From Eledone cirrhosa (taxonomy: Eukaryota), in assembly GCA_964016885.1 (NCBI GenBank), contig OZ024743.1, forward strand, positions 176,328,001-176,392,000: a DNA stretch of 64,000 nucleotides. The letters run 5' to 3'. Below are positions 14,301 through 29,300 of this stretch, piece after piece. Position 1 is the stretch's first letter. Each line of letters starts with the position of its first letter. The position numbers and the translations under genes were made by a program. The notes below the pieces were generated by a model. That model made no database searches and was not told where the DNA came from. It worked only from the letters and a program-made list of their open reading frames with translations.

Positions 14301-17300
14301 TTACTACCTCTCTCTCTAACTCTTACCTCACCCTCTATATTACTTACTACCTCTCTCTCTAACCGTTACCTCACCCTCTATATTACTTACTACCTCTCTC
14401 TCTAACTATTACGTCACCCTCTATATTACTTACTACCTCTCTCTCTCTCTACCTCTTACCTCACCCTCTATATTACTTACTACCTCTATATCTCTCTAAC
14501 TCTTACATCACCCTCTCTATTACTTACTACCTCTCTCTCTGTAACTCTTACCTCACGCTCTATATTACTTACTACCTCTCTCTCTCTCTAACTGTTACCT
14601 CACCCTCTATATTACTTACTACCTCTATCACTCTAACTCTTACCTCATCCTCTATATTACTTACTACCTCTATCTCTCTCTAACTGTTACCTCACCCTCT
14701 ATATTACTTACTACCTCTCTCTCTCTCTAACTGTTACCTCACACTCTATATTACGTACTACCTCTCTCTCTCTCTAACTGTTACCTCACCTCTATATTAC
14801 TTACTACCTCACTCTCTCTCTCTAAATCTTACCTCACGCTCTATATTACTTACTACCTCTCTCTCTCTCTAACTGTTACCTCACGCTCTATATTACTTAC
14901 TACCTCTCTCTCTAACTGTTACCTCACCCTCTATATTACTTACTACCTCTCTCTCGCTCTAACTGTTATGTCACCCTCTATATTACTTACTACCTCTCTC
15001 TCTAACTGTTACCTCACCCTCTATATTACTTACTACCTCTCTCTCTAACTGTTACCTCACCCTCTATATTACTTACTACCTCTCTCTCGCTCTAAATGTT
15101 ACCTCACCCTCTATATTACTTACTACCTCTCTCTCTAACTGTTACCTCACCCTCTATATTACTTACTACCACACTCTCTACCTGTTACCTCACCCTGTAT
15201 ATTACTTACTACCTCTCTCTCTCTAACTCTTACCTCACCCTCTATATTACTTACTACCTCTCTCTCTCTCTCTAACCCGTTACCTCACCCTCTATATTAC
15301 TTACTACCTCTCTCTCTCTAACTGTTACCTCACCCTCTATATTACTTACTACCTCTCTCTCTAACTCTTACCCCACCCTCTATATTACTTACTACCTCCC
15401 TTTCTAACTGTTACCTCACCCTCTATATTACTTACTACCTCTCTCTTTAACTGTTACCTCACCCTCTATATTACTTACTACCTCTCTCTCTCTCTAACTG
15501 TTACCTCACCCTCTATATTACTTACTATCTCTCTCTCTAAATCTTACCTCACCCTCTATATTACTTACTACCTCCCTCTCTAACTGTTACCTCACCCTCT
15601 ATATTACTTACTACCTCTCTCTCTCTCTAACTCTTACCTCACCCTCTATATTACTTACTACCTCTCTCTCTAACTGTTACCTGACCCTCTATATTATTTA
15701 CTACCTCTCTCTCTCTCTAACTGTTACATCGCCCTCTATATTACGAACTACATCTCTCTCTCTAACTGTTACCTCACCCTCTATATTACTTACTACCTCT
15801 ATCTCTCTCTAACTCTTACCCCACCCTCTATATTACTTACTACCTCTCTCTCTCTCTCTCTAACTGTTACATCGCCCTCTATATTACGAACTACATCTCT
15901 CTCTCTAACTGTTACCTCACCCTCTATATTACTTACTACCTCTATCTCTCTCTAACTCTTACCTCACCCTCTATATTACTTACTATCTCTCTCTCTCTAA
16001 CTGTTACCTCACCCTCTATAATACTTTCTACCTCTCTCTCTCTAACTGTTACCTCACCCTCTATATTATTTACTAACTCTCTCTCTAACTCTTACCTCAC
16101 TCTCTATATTACTTACTACCTCTCTCTCTCTAACTGTTACCGCACCCTCTATATTACTTACTAACTCTCTCTCCAACTCTTACCTCACCCTCTATATTAC
16201 TTACTACCTCTCTCTCTAACAGTTACCTCACACTCTATATTACTTACTACCTCTAACTCTCTAACTCTTACCTTACCCTCTATATTACTTACTACCTCTC
16301 TCTCTCTCTAACTGTTACCTCACCTTCTATATTACTTACTGCCTCTCTCTCTCTCTAACTGTTACCTCACCCTCTATATTACTTACTACCTCTCTCTAAC
16401 TCTTACCTCACCCTCTATATTACTTACTACCTCTCTCTCTCTCTCTAACTCTTACCTCACCCTCTATATTACTTACTACCTCTCTCTCTAACTCTTACCT
16501 TACCCTCTATATTACTTACTACCACTCTCTCTCTCTAACTGTTACCTCAACCTCTATATTACTTACTACCTCTCTCTCTCTCTAACTGTTACCTCACCAT
16601 CTATATTACTTACTACCTCTCTCTCAAACTGTTACCTCGCCATCTATATTACTTACTACCTCTCTCTCTCTCTAACAGTTACCTCACCCTCAATATTACA
16701 TACTACCTCTCTCTCTCTCTCTCTAACTGTTACCTCACCCTCTATATTACTTACTACCTCTCCATCTAACTCTTACCTCACACTCTACATTACTTACTAC
16801 CTCTCTCTCTAACTGTTACCTCACCCTCTATATTACTGACTATCTCTCTCTCTAACTCTTACATCACCCTCTATATTACTTACTACCTCTCTATCTGTAA
16901 CTCTTACCTCACCCTCTATATTACTTACTACCTCTCTCTAACTCTTAGATCACTCTCTATATTAATTACTACCTCTCTCTCTCTCTAACTGTTACCTCAC
17001 CCTCTATATTGCTTACTACCTCTCTCTCTAACCGTTACCTCACCCTCTATATTACTTACTACCTCTCTCTCTCTCTAACTGTTACCTCACCCTCTATATT
17101 ACGTACTACCTCTATCACTCTAACTCTTACCTCATCCTCTATATTACTTACTACCTCTCTCTCTCTCTAACTGTTACCTCACCCTCTATATTACTTACTA
17201 CCTCTCTCTCTCTCTAACTGTTACCTCACCCTCTATATTACGTACTACCTCTCTCTCTCTCTAACTGTTACCTCACCTCTATATTACTTACTACCTCACT

Positions 17301-20300
17301 CTCTCTCTCTAAATCTTACCTCACGCTCTATATTACTTACTACCTCTCTCTCTAACTCTTACCTCACCCTCTATATTACTTACTACCTCTCTCTCTCTCT
17401 CTCTAACTGTTACCTCACCCTCTATATTACTTACTACCTCTCTCTCTAACTATTACCTCACCCTATATATTACTTACAACCTCTCTCTCTAACTGTTACC
17501 TCACCCTCTACATTATTTACTACCTCTCTCTCAAACTGTTACCTCACCCTCTATATTACTTACTACCTCTCTCTCTCTCTAACTGTTACCTCACGCTCTA
17601 TATTACTTACTACCTCTCTTTCTAACTGTTACATCACCCTCTATATTACTTACTACCTCTCTCTCGCTCTAACTGTTACCTCACCCTCTATATTACTTAC
17701 TACCTCTCTCTCTAACTGTTACCTCACCCTCTATATTACTTACTACCTCTCTCTAACTCTTACCTCACCCTCTATATTACTTACTACCTCTCTCTCTCTC
17801 TCTAACTGTTACCTCACCCTCTATATTACTTACTACCTCTCTCTCGCTCTAACTGTCACCTCACCCTCTATATTACTTACTACCTCTCTCTCTAACTGTT
17901 ACCTCACCCTCTATATTACTTACTACCTCTCTCTCTAACTGTTACCTCACCCTCTATATTACTTACTACCTCTCCCTCGCTCTAAATGTTACCTCACCCT
18001 CTATATTACTTACTACCTCTCTCTCTAACTGTTACCTCACCCTCTATATTACTTACTACCACACTCTCTACCTGTTACCTCACCCTGTATATTACTTACT
18101 ACCTCTCTCTCTCTAACTCTTACCTCACCCTCTATATTACTTACTACCTCTCTCTCTCTCTCTAACCCGTTACCTCACCCTCTATATTACTTACTACCTC
18201 TCTCTCTCTAACTGTTACCTCACCCTCTATATTACTTACTACCTCTCTCTCTAACTCTTACCCCACCCTCTATATTACTTACTACCTCCCTTTCTAACTG
18301 TTACCTCACCCTCTATATTACTTACTACCTCTCTCTTTAACTGTTACCTCACCCTCTATATTACTTACTACCTCTCTCTCTCTCTAACTGTTACCTCACC
18401 CTCTATATTACTTACTACCTCTCTCTCTAAATCTTACCTCACCCTCTATATTACTTACTACCTCCATCTCTAACTGTTACCTCACCCTCTATATTACTTA
18501 CTACCTCTCTCTCTCTCTAACTCTTACTTCACCCTCTATATTACTTACTACCTCTCTCTCTAACTGTTACCTGACCCTCTATATTATTTACTACCTCACT
18601 CTCTCTCTAACTGTTACATCGCCCTCTATATTACGAACTACATCTCTCTCTCTAACTGTTACCTCACCCTCTATATTACTTACTACCTCTATCTCTCTCT
18701 AACTCTTACCCCACCCTCTATATTACTTACTACCTCTCTCTCTCTCTCTCTAACTGTTACCTCACCCTCTATATTACTTACTATCTCTCTCTCTCTAACT
18801 GTTACCTCAACCTCTATAATACTTTCTACCTCTCTCTCTCTAACTGTTACCTCACCCTCTATATTATTTACTAAATCTCTCTCTAACTCTTACCTCACTC
18901 TCTATATTACTTACTACCTCTCTCTCTCTAACTGTTACCGCACCCTCTATATTACTTACTAACTCTCTCTCTAACTCTTACCTCACCCTCTATATTACTT
19001 ACTACCTCTCTCTCTAACAGTTACCTCACACTCTATATTACTTACTACCTCTAACTCTCTAACTCTTACCTTACCCTCTATATTACTTACTACCGCTCTC
19101 TCTCTCTAACTGTTACCTCACCTTCTATATTACTTACTACCTCTCTCTCTCTCTAACTGTTACCTCACCCTCTATATTACTTACTACCTCTCTCTAACTC
19201 TTACCTCACCCTCTATATTACTTACTACCTCTCTCTCTTTCTCTAACTCTTACCTCACCCTCTATATTACTTACTACCTCTCTCTCTAACTCTTACCTTA
19301 CCCTCTATATTACTTACTACCACTCTCTCTCTCTAACTCTTACCTCAATCTCTATATTACTTACTACCTCTCTCTCTCTAACTGTTACCTCACCATCTAT
19401 ATTACTTACTACCTCTCTCTCAAACTGTTACCTCGCCATCTATATTACTTACTACCTCTCTCTCTAACAGTTACCTCACCCTCAATATTACATACTACCT
19501 CTCTCTCTCTCCATCTAACTCTTACCTCACACTCTACATTACTTACTACCTCTCTCTCTAACTGTTACCTCACCCTCTATATTACTGACTATCTCTCTCT
19601 CTAACTCTTACATCACCCACTATATTACTTACTAACTCTCTCTCTGTAACTCTTACCTCACCCTCTATATTACTTACTACCTCTCTCTAACTCTTAGATG
19701 ACTCTCTATATTAATTACTACCTCTCTCTCTCTCTCTAACTGTTACCTCACCCTCTATATTGCTTACTACCTCTCTCTCTAACCGTTACCTCACCCTCTA
19801 TATTACTTACTACCTCTCTCTCTCTCTAACTGTTACCTCACCCTCTATATTACTTACTACCTCTATCACTCTAACTCTTACCTCATCCTCTATATTACTT
19901 ACTACCTCTCTCTCTCTCTAACTGTTACCTCACCCTCTATATTACTTACTACCTCTCTCTCTCTCTAACTGTTACCTCACCCTCTATATTACGTACTACC
20001 TCTCTCTCTCTCTAACTGTTACCTCACCTCTATATTACTTACTACCTCACTCTCTCTCTCTAAATCTTACCTCACGCTCTATATTACTTACTACCTCTCT
20101 CTCTAACTCTTACCTCACCCTCTATATTACTTACTACCTCTCTCTCTAACCGTTACCTCACCCTCTATATTACTTACTACCTCTCTCTCTAACTGTTACC
20201 TCACCCTCTATATTACTTACTACCTCTCTCTCTCTCTACCTCTTACCCCACCCTCTATATTACTTACTACCTCTCTCTCTCTCTCTCTAACTGTTACCTC

Positions 20301-23300
20301 ACCCTCTATATTACTTACTATCTCTTTCTCTCTAACTGTTACCTCACCCTCTATAATACTTTCTACCTCTCTCTCTCTAACTGTTACCGCACCCTCTATA
20401 TTACTTACTACCTCTCTCTCTAACAGTTACCTCACACTCTATATTACTTACTACCTCTAACTCTCTAACTCTTACCTTACCCTCTATATTACTTACTACC
20501 GCTCTCTCTCTCTAACTGTTACCTCACCCTCTATATTACTTACTACCTCTCTCTCTCTCTAACTGTTACCTCACCCTCTATATTACTTACTACCTCTCTC
20601 TAACTCTTACCTTACCCTCTATATTACTTACTACCGCTCTCTCTCTCTAACTGTTACCTCAACTCTATATTACTTACTACCCCTCTCTCTCTCTAACTGT
20701 TACCTCACCACCTATATTACTTACTACCTCTCTCTCAAACTGTTACCTCACCCTCTATATTACATTCTACCTTTCTCTCTAACTGTTACCTCGCCATCTA
20801 TATTACTTACTACCTCTCTCTCTAACAGTTACCTCAGCCTCAATATTACATACTACCTCTCTCTCTCTCTAACTGTTACCTCAACATCTATATTACTTAC
20901 TACCTCTCCATCTAACTCTTACCTCACCCTCTACATTACTTACTACCTCTCTCTCTAACTGTTACCTCACCCTCTATATTACTGACTATCTCTCTCTCTA
21001 ACTGTTACCTCACCCTCTATATTACTTACTACCTCTCTCTCTCTCTAACTGTTACCTCACCCTCTATATTACGTACTACCTCTCTCTCTCTCTAACTGTT
21101 CCCTCACCTCTATATTACTTACTACCTCACTCTCTCTCTCTAAATCTTACCTCACGCTCTATATTACTTACTACCTCTCTCTCTCTCTAACTGTTACCTC
21201 ACGCTCTATATTACTTACTACCTCTCTCTCTAACTGTTACCTCACCCTCTATATTACTTACTACCTCTCTCTCGCTCTAACTGTTACCTCACCCTCTATA
21301 TTACTTACTACCTCTCTCTCTAACTGTTACCTCACCCTCTATATTACTTACTACCTCTCTCTCTAACTGTTACCTCACCCTCTATATTACTTACTACCTC
21401 TCTCTCGCTCTAAATGTTACCTCACACTCTATATTACTTACTACCTCTCTCTCTAATTGTTACCTCACCCTCTATAATACTTACTACCACACTCTCTACC
21501 TGTTACCTCACCCTGTATATTACTTACTACCTCTCTCTCTCTAACTCTTACCTCACCCTCTATATTTCTTACTACCTCTCTCTCTCTAACTGTTACCTCA
21601 CCCTCTATATTACTTACTACCTCTCTCTCTAACTCTTACCCCACCCTCTATATTACTTACTACCTCCCTCTCTAACTGTTACCTCACCCTCTATATTACT
21701 TACTACCTCACTCTTTAACTGTTACCTCACCCTCTATATTACTTACTACCGCTCTCTCTCTCTAACTGTTACCTCACCCTCTATATTACTTACTACCTCT
21801 CTCTCTCTCTAACTCTTACCTCACCCTCTATATTACTTACTACCTCTCTCTCTAACTGTTACCTGACCCTCTATATTATTTACTACCTCTCTCTCTCTCT
21901 AACTGTTACATCGCCCTCTATATTACGAACTACATCTCTCTCTCTAACTCTTACCTCACCCTCTATATTACTTACTACCTCTCTCTCTAACTCTTACCTC
22001 ACCCTCTATATTACTTACTACCTCTCTCTCTAACCGTTACCTCACCCTCTATATTACTTACTACCGCTCTCTCTCTCTAACTGTTACCTCACCCTCTATA
22101 TTACTTACTACCTCTCTCTCTAACTGTTACCTGACCCTCTATATTATTTACTACCTCTCTCTCTCTCTAACTGTTACCTCGCCCTCTATATTACGAACTA
22201 CATCTCTCTCTCTAACTGTTACCTCACCCTCTATATTACTTACTACCTCTCTCTCTCTCTCTAACTCTTACCTCAACCTCTATATTACTTACTACCTCTC
22301 TCTCTAACTCTTACCTCACCCTCTATATTACTTACTACCTCTCTCTCTAACCGTTACCTCACCCTCTATATTACTTACTACCTCTCTCTCTAACTGTTAC
22401 CTCACCCTCTATATTACTTACTACCTCTCTCTCTCTCTAACTCTTACCTCACCCTCTATATTACTTACTACCTCTATCTCTCTCTGACTCTTACCCCACC
22501 CTCTATATTACTTACTACCTCTCTCTCTCTCTCTAACTGTTACCTCACCCTCTATATTACTTACAACCTCTCTCTCTCTCTAACTGTTACCTCACCCACT
22601 ATATTACTTACTACCTCTCTCTCGCTCTAAATGTTACCTCACCCTCTATATTACTTACTACCTCTCTCTCTCTCTCTAACTGTTACCTCAACCTCTATAT
22701 TACTTACTACCTCTCTCTCTCTCTCTCTAAATATTACCTCACCCTCTATATTACTTACTACCCCTCTCTCTCTCTAAATGTTACCTCACCCTCTATATTA
22801 CTTACTACCTCTCTCTCTCTCTCTAACTGTTACCATACCCTGTATAATACTTACTACCTCTCTCTCTCTCTCTAAATGTCACCTCACCCTCTATATTACT
22901 TACTACCCCTCTCTCTCTCTAACTGTTACCTCACCCTCTATATTACTTACTACCACACTCTCTACCTGTTACCTCACCCTGTATATTACTTATTACATCT
23001 CTCTCTCTCTAACTCTCACCTCACCCTCTATATTACTTACTACCTCTCTCTCTCTCTAACTGTTACCTCAACCTCTATATTACTTACTACCTCTCTCTCT
23101 AACTCTTACCTCACCTTCTATATTTCTTACTACCTCTCTCTCTCTCTCTAACTGTTACCTCACCCTCTATATTACTTACTACCTCTCTCTCTGGCTCTAA
23201 CTCTTACTTCACCCTCTATATTACTTACTACCTCTCTCTCTAACCGTTACCTCACCCTCTATATTACTTACTACCTCTCTCTCTAACTGTTACCACACCC

Positions 23301-26300
23301 TCTATATTACTTACTACCTCTCTCTCTCTCTAACTCTTACCCCACCCTCTATATTACTTACTACCTCTCTCTCTCTCTCTAACTTTTACCTCACCCTCTA
23401 TATTACTTACAACCTCTCTCTCTCTCTAACTTTTATCTCACCCTCTATATTACTTTCTACCTCTCTCTCTAGCTGTTACCTCACCCTCTATATTACTTAC
23501 TACCTCTCTCTCTAACTCTTACCTCACCTTCTATATTACTTACTACCTCTCTCTCTCTAACTGTTACCGCACCCTCTATATTACTTACTAACTCTCTCTC
23601 TAACTCTTATCTCACTCTCTATATTACTTATTACCTCTCTCTCTTTCTCTAACTCTTACTTCACCCTCCACATTACTTACTACCTCTCACTCGCTCTAAC
23701 TGTTACCTCACCCACGATATTACTTACTACCTCTATCTCTCTCTAACTCTTACCCCACCCTCTATATTACTTACTACCTCTCTCTCTCTAACTTTTACCT
23801 CACCCTCTATATTACTTTCTACCTCTCTCTCTATCTGTTACCTCACCCTCTATATTACTTACTAACTCTCTCTCTAACTATTACCTCACCTTCTATATTA
23901 CTTACTACCTCTCCCTCTCTCTAACTGTTACCTCACCCTCTATATTACTTACTACCTCTCTCTCTAACTCTTACCTCACCCTCTATATTACTTACTACCT
24001 CTCTCTCTAACTACTACCTCACCCTCTATATTACTTACTACCTCTCTCTCTAACTCTTACCTCACCCTCTATATTACTTACAACCTCTCTCTCTCTCTAA
24101 CTCTTACCTCACCCTCTATATTACTTACTACCTCTCTCTCTAACTGTTACCTGACCCTCTATATTATTTACTACCTTTTTCTCTCTCTAACTGTTACCTC
24201 GCCCTCTATATTACGAACTACATCTCTCTCTCTAACTGTTACCTCACCCCCAATATTACTTACTACCTCTCTCTCTCTCTAACTCTTACCTCACCCTCTA
24301 TATTACTTACTACCTCTCTGTCTAACTCTTACCTCACCCTCTATATTACTTACTACCTCTCTCTCTAACCGTTACCTCACCCTCTACATTACTTACTACC
24401 TCTCTCTCTAACTGTTACCTCACCCTCTATATTACTTACTACCTCTCTCTCTCTCTCTACCTCTTACCTCACCCTCTATATTACTTACTACCTCTCTCTC
24501 TAACTGTTACCTCATCCTCTATATTACTTACTACCTCTCTCTCTCTCTCTACCTCTTACCTCACCCTCTATATTACTTACTACCTCTCTCTCTAACTGTT
24601 ACCTCGCCCTCTATATTACGAACTACATCTCTCTCTCTAACTGTTACCTCACCCCCTATATTACTTACTACCTCTCTCTCTCTCTAACTCTTACCTCACC
24701 CTCTATATTACTTACTACCTCTCTCTCTACCTCTTACCTCACCCCCTATATTACTTACTACCTCTATCTCTCTCTAACTCTAACCCCACCCTCTATATTA
24801 CTTACTACCTCTCTCTCTCTCTCTAACTGTTACCTCACCCTCTATATTACTTACTATCTCTCTCTCTCTAACTGTTACCTCACCTTCTATAATACTTTCT
24901 ACCTCTCTCTCTCTAACTGTTACCTCACCCTCTATATTACTTACTACCTCTCTCTCTCTGTAACTGTTACCGCACACTCTATATTACTTACTAACTCTCT
25001 CTCTAACTCTTACCTCACCTTCTATATTACTTACTACCTCTCTCTCTCTCTAACTGTTACCTCACCCTCTATATTACTTACTACCTCTCTCTCTAACTCT
25101 TACCTCACCTTCTATATTACTTACTACCTCTCTATCTCTCTCTCTAACTGTTACCTCACCCTCTATATTACTTACTACCTTTCTCTCTGGCTCTAACTCT
25201 TACCTCACCCTCTATATTACTTACTACCTCTCTCTCTAACCGTTACCTCACCCTCTATATTACTTACTACCTTTCTCTCTGGCTCTAACTCTTACCTCAC
25301 CCTCTATATTACTTACTACCTCTCTCTCTAACCGTTACCTCACCCTCTATATTACTTACTACCTCTCTCTCTAACTGTTACCTCACCCTCTATATTACTT
25401 ACTACCTCTCTCTCTAACTCTTACCTCACCTTCTATATTACTTACTACCTCTCTCTCTTTCTCTAACTGTTACCTCACCCTCTATATTACTTACTACCTT
25501 TCTCTCTGGCTCTAACTCTTACCTCACCCTCTATATTACTTACTACCTCTCTCTCTAACTCTTACCTCACCTTCTATATTACTTACTACCTCTCTCTCTC
25601 TCTAACTGTTACCGCACCCTCTATATTACTTACTAACTCTCTCTCTAACTCTTACCTCACTCTCTATATTACTTATTACCTCTCTCTCTTTCTCTAACTC
25701 TTACTTCACCCTCTATATTACTTACTACCCCTCTCTTTCGCTCTAACTGTTACCTCACCCACGATATTACTTACTACCTCTCTCTCTCTAACTTTTACCT
25801 CACCCTCTATATTACTTTCTACCTCTCTCTCTATCTGTTACCTCACCCTCTATATTACTTACTAACTCTCTCTCTAACTATTACCTCACCTTCTATATTA
25901 CTTACTACCTCTCTCTCTCTCTAACTGTTACCTCGCCCTCTATATTACGAACTACATCTCTCTCTCTAACTGTTACCTCACCCCCAATATTACTTACTAC
26001 CTCTCTCTCTCTCTAACTCTTACCCCACCCTCTATATTACTTACTACCTCTCTCTCTCTAACTTTTACCTCACCCTCTATATTACTTTCTACCTCTCTCT
26101 CTATCTGTTACCTCACCCTCTATATTACTTACTAACTCTCTCTCTAACTATTACCTCACCTTCTATATTACTTACTACCTCTCTCTCTCTCTAACTGTTA
26201 CCTCGCCCTCTATATTACGAACTACATCTCTCTCTCTAACTGTTACCTCACCCCCAATATTACTTACTACCTCTCTCTCTCTCTAACTCTTACCTCACCC

Positions 26301-29300
26301 TCTATATTACTTACTACCTCTCTGTCTAACTCTTACCTCACCCTCTATATTACTTACTACCTATCTCTCTAACCGTTACCTCACCCTCTATATTACTTAC
26401 TACCTCTCTCTCTAACTGTTACCTCACCCTCTATATTACTTACTACCTCTCTCTCTCTCTCTCTACCTCTTACCTCACCCTCTATATTACTTACTACCTC
26501 TCTCTCTAACTGTTACCTCATCCTCTATATTACTTACTACCTCTCTCTCTCTCTCTACCTCTTACCTCACCCTCTATATTACTTACTACCTCTCTCTCTA
26601 ACTGTTACCTCGCCCTCTATATTACGAACTACATCTCTCTCTCTAACTGTTACCTCACCCCCTATATTACTTACTACCTCTCTCTCTCTCTAACTCTTAC
26701 CTCACCCTCTATATTACTTACTACCTCTCTCTCTACCTCTTACCTCACCCCCTATATTACTTACTACCTCTATCTCTCTCTAACTCTAACCCCACCCTCT
26801 ATATTACTTACTACCTCTCTCTCTCTCTCTAACTGTTACCTCACCCTCTATATTACTTACTATCTCTCTCTCTCTAACTGTTACCTCACCTTCTATAATA
26901 CTTTCTACCTCTCTCTCTCTAACTGTTACCTCACCCTCTATATTACTTACTACCTCTCTCTCTCTGTAACTGTTACCGCACACTCTATATTACTTACTAA
27001 CTCTCTCTCTAACTCTTACCTCACCTTCTATATTACTTACTACCTCTCTCTCTCTCTAACTGTTACCTCACCCTCTATATTACTTACTACCTCTCTCTCT
27101 AACTCTTACCTCACCTTCTATATTACTTACTACCTCTCTATCTCTCTCTCTAACTGTTACCTCACCCTCTATATTACTTACTACCTTTCTCTCTGGCTCT
27201 AACTCTTACCTCACCCTCTATATTACTTACTACCTCTCACTCTAACCGTTACCTCACCCTCTATATTACTTACTACCTCTCTCTCTAACTGTTACCTCAC
27301 CCTCTATATTACTTACTACCTCTCTCTCTAACTCTTACCTCACCTTCTATATTACTTACTACCTCTCTCTCTTTCTCTAACTGTTACCTCACCCTCTATA
27401 TTACTTACTACCTCTCTCTCTCTCGCTCTAACTCTTACCTCACCCTCTATATTACTTACTACCTCTCTCTCTAACTCTTACCTCACCGTCTATATTACTT
27501 ACTACCTCTCTCTCTAACTCCTACCTCACCCTCTATATTACCTACTACCTCTCTCTCTAACTCTTACCTCACCCTCTATATTACGTACTACCACTCTCTC
27601 TCTCTAACTCTTACCTCACCCTCTATATTACTTACTACCTCTATCTCTAACCGTTACCTCACCCTCTATATTACTTACTACCTCTCTCTCTAACTGTTAC
27701 CTCTCCCTCTATATTACTTACTACCTCTCTCTCTCTCTAACTCTTACCTCACCCTCTATAATACTTACTACCTCTATCTCTCTCTAACTCTTACCCCACC
27801 CTCTATATTACTTACTACCTCTCTCTCTCTCTCTCTAACTGTTACCTCACCCTCTATATTACTTACTACCTCTCTCTCTCTAACTTTTAACTCACCCACT
27901 ATATTAATTTCTACCTCTCTCTCTAGCTGTTACCGCACCCTCTATATTACTTACTACCTCTCTTCTAACTCTTACCTCACCTTCTATATTACTTACTACC
28001 TCTCTCTCTCTCTAACTGTTACCGCACCCTCTATATTACTTACTAACTCTCTCTCTAACTCTTACCTCACCTTCTATATTACTTACTACCTCTCTCTCTC
28101 TCTAACTGTTACCTCACCCTCTATATTACTTACTACCTCTCTCTCTCGCTCTAACTCTTACCTCACCCTCTATATTACTTACTACCTCTCTCTCTAACTC
28201 CTACCTCACCCTCTATATTACTTACTACCTCTCTCTCTAACTCTTACCTCACCCTCTATATTACTTACTACCTCTCTCTCTAACTGTTACCTCACCCTCT
28301 ATATTATTTACTACCTCTCTCTCTCTCTAACTGTTACCTCGCCCTCTATATTACTTACTACCTCTATCTCTCTCTAACTCTTCCCCACCCTCTATATTAC
28401 TTACTACCTCTCTCTCTAACTCTTACCTCACCCTCTATATTACTTACTACCTCTCTCTTTAACCGTTACCTCACCCTCTATATTAATTACTACCTCTCTC
28501 TCTCTCTAACTCTTACCTCACCCTCTATATTACTTACTACCTCTCTCTCTAACTCTTACCTCACCCTCTATATTACTTACTACCTCTCTCTCTAACCGTT
28601 ACCTCACCCTCTATATTAATTACTACCTCTCTCTCTAACTGTTACCTCACCTTCTATATTACTTACTACCTCTCTCTCTCTCTAACTCTTACCTCACCCT
28701 CTATATTACTTACTACCTCTATCTCTCTCTAACTCTTCCCCACCCTCTATATTACTTACTACCTCTCTCTCTCTCTCTAACTGTTACCTCACCCTCTATA
28801 TTACTTACTACCTCTCTCTCTCTAACTGTTACCTCACCTTCTATAATACTTTCTACCTCTCTCTCTCTAACTGTTACCTCAGCCTCTATATTACTTACTA
28901 CCTCTCTCTCTAACTCTTACCTCACTCTCTATATTACTTACTACCTCTCTCTCTCTAACTGTTACCGCACCCTCTATATTACTTACTAACTCTCTCTCTA
29001 ACTCTTACCTCACCTTCTATATTACTTACTACATCTCTCTCTCTCTCTAACTGTTACCTCACCCTCTATATTACTTACTACCTCTCTCTCTAACTCTTAC
29101 CTCACCTTCTATATTTCTTACTACCTCTCTCTCTCTCTCTAACTGTTACCTCACCCTCTATATTACTTACTACCTCTCTCTCTGGCTCTAACTCTTACTT
29201 CACCCTCTATATTACTTACTACCTCTCTCTCTAACCGTTACCTCACCCTCTATATTACTTACTACCTCTCTCTCTAACTGTTACCACACCCTCTATATTA

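Noticed and set aside
5916-23151. Short ORFs in the satellite (LSNCYLTLYITYY repeats)
   Set aside because: Chance open frames of the monomer, several with non-ATG starts; the (CT)n length changes shift frame constantly.
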